6,743 nucleotides of DNA. Origin: a virus (Duplodnaviria; Heunggongvirae; Uroviricota; Caudoviricetes). This document shows positions 6,636 to 6,743 of this stretch, one piece after another; within the stretch, counting starts at the first letter, position 1, and each line of letters starts with the position of its first letter. The stretch spans positions 1 to 6,743 of the IMG/VR virus record IMGVR_UViG_3300029104_000056. One strand, written 5' to 3'. Made by a program: the position numbers and the translations under genes. Under the pieces are notes generated by a model that was not told the DNA's origin, ran no database searches, and worked only from the letters and a program-made list of their open reading frames with translations.

Positions 6636-6743
6636 CGCGGGAAATGCAGTTTGTCATGCGGCTTGCCCGGGAGTTCAGGCGGGCAGACTGGCGGCGGATG
6701 CTGTCGGAAATGTCGGCCACTGAGCTTGGTGAGTGGGGCGATT
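6611..6743 (+). CDS. gpT frame: start of the tail assembly protein, likely expressed as a G-T frameshift fusion (3' end lies outside the window)
   Basis: The -1 frame reads GADAGKVLTREMQFVMRLAREFRRADWRRMLSEMSATELGEWGD and is open to the window edge. It overlaps the last 25 nt of G and sits where T sits in lambda. Confidence 0.6.
6623..6629 (+). promoter_or_regulatory. Candidate -1 frameshift slippery site for the gpG-gpT fusion
   Basis: GGAAAAG read as G GAA AAG in the G frame, placed just before the G stop as lambda's G GGA AAG is. The -1 frame is open only from 6611 (a TGA at 6608-6610 closes it upstream) and runs to the window end. Confidence 0.5.

Noticed and set aside
591-6720. Minus-strand ORFs of 62-131 aa throughout the window (for example 591-845, 715-1014, 1956-2303, 2355-2708, 3680-4042, 4168-4551, 5735-6130, 5841-6206, 6511-6720)
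   Set aside because: Each lies antisense to a plus-strand gene with a recognisable phage structural product. Their translations are low-complexity or rich in Cys, His and Arg, none has a convincing RBS, and the operon is otherwise strictly co-directional.
1-6743. Defence system, toxin-antitoxin pair, cargo gene, integrase, attachment site, CRISPR array, tRNA or other RNA gene
   Set aside because: Every gene-sized interval is taken up by a recognisable head or tail morphogenesis gene. The only intergenic gaps (3769-3854 and 6189-6245) hold hairpins and RBSs. No direct repeat arrays or RNA-gene-like structures were seen.
1-6743. Chi sites (GCTGGTGG or its complement CCACCAGC)
   Set aside because: A visual scan found only near-matches (for example CTGGTGG preceded by T near 4324). 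No exact octamer was seen, though a computational scan would be needed to be certain.

Overview
This window reads as one co-directional (+ strand) late morphogenesis operon of a lambda-like tailed phage or prophage, probably enterobacterial judging by codon usage and protein similarity. All calls rest on reading the supplied translations against remembered lambda protein sequences and motifs; no search was run. Gene order is: 3' end of the large terminase gene, a gpW-like head-completion protein, portal, a ClpP-like prohead protease fused in one frame to a major capsid domain, a small DUF2190-like head protein, a gpFII-like head-tail joining protein, gpZ, gpU, gpV (with a C-terminal Ig-like domain), gpG, and the start of the gpT frame reached by a -1 frameshift. 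Genes are tightly packed with overlapping stop/start codons, and intrinsic terminators follow the capsid gene and the major tail gene. Two N-runs (1105-1126 and 3111-3120) are assembly or masking gaps that change the apparent frame inside the portal and capsid genes. I see no integrase, CRISPR array, RNA gene, defence cassette or inserted cargo gene. The features worth a second look are the protease-capsid fusion, the non-canonical G-T slippery site, the non-lambda head joined to a lambda-like tail, and the paired hairpins after the capsid gene. I cannot support a claim of a new biological system from this sequence.
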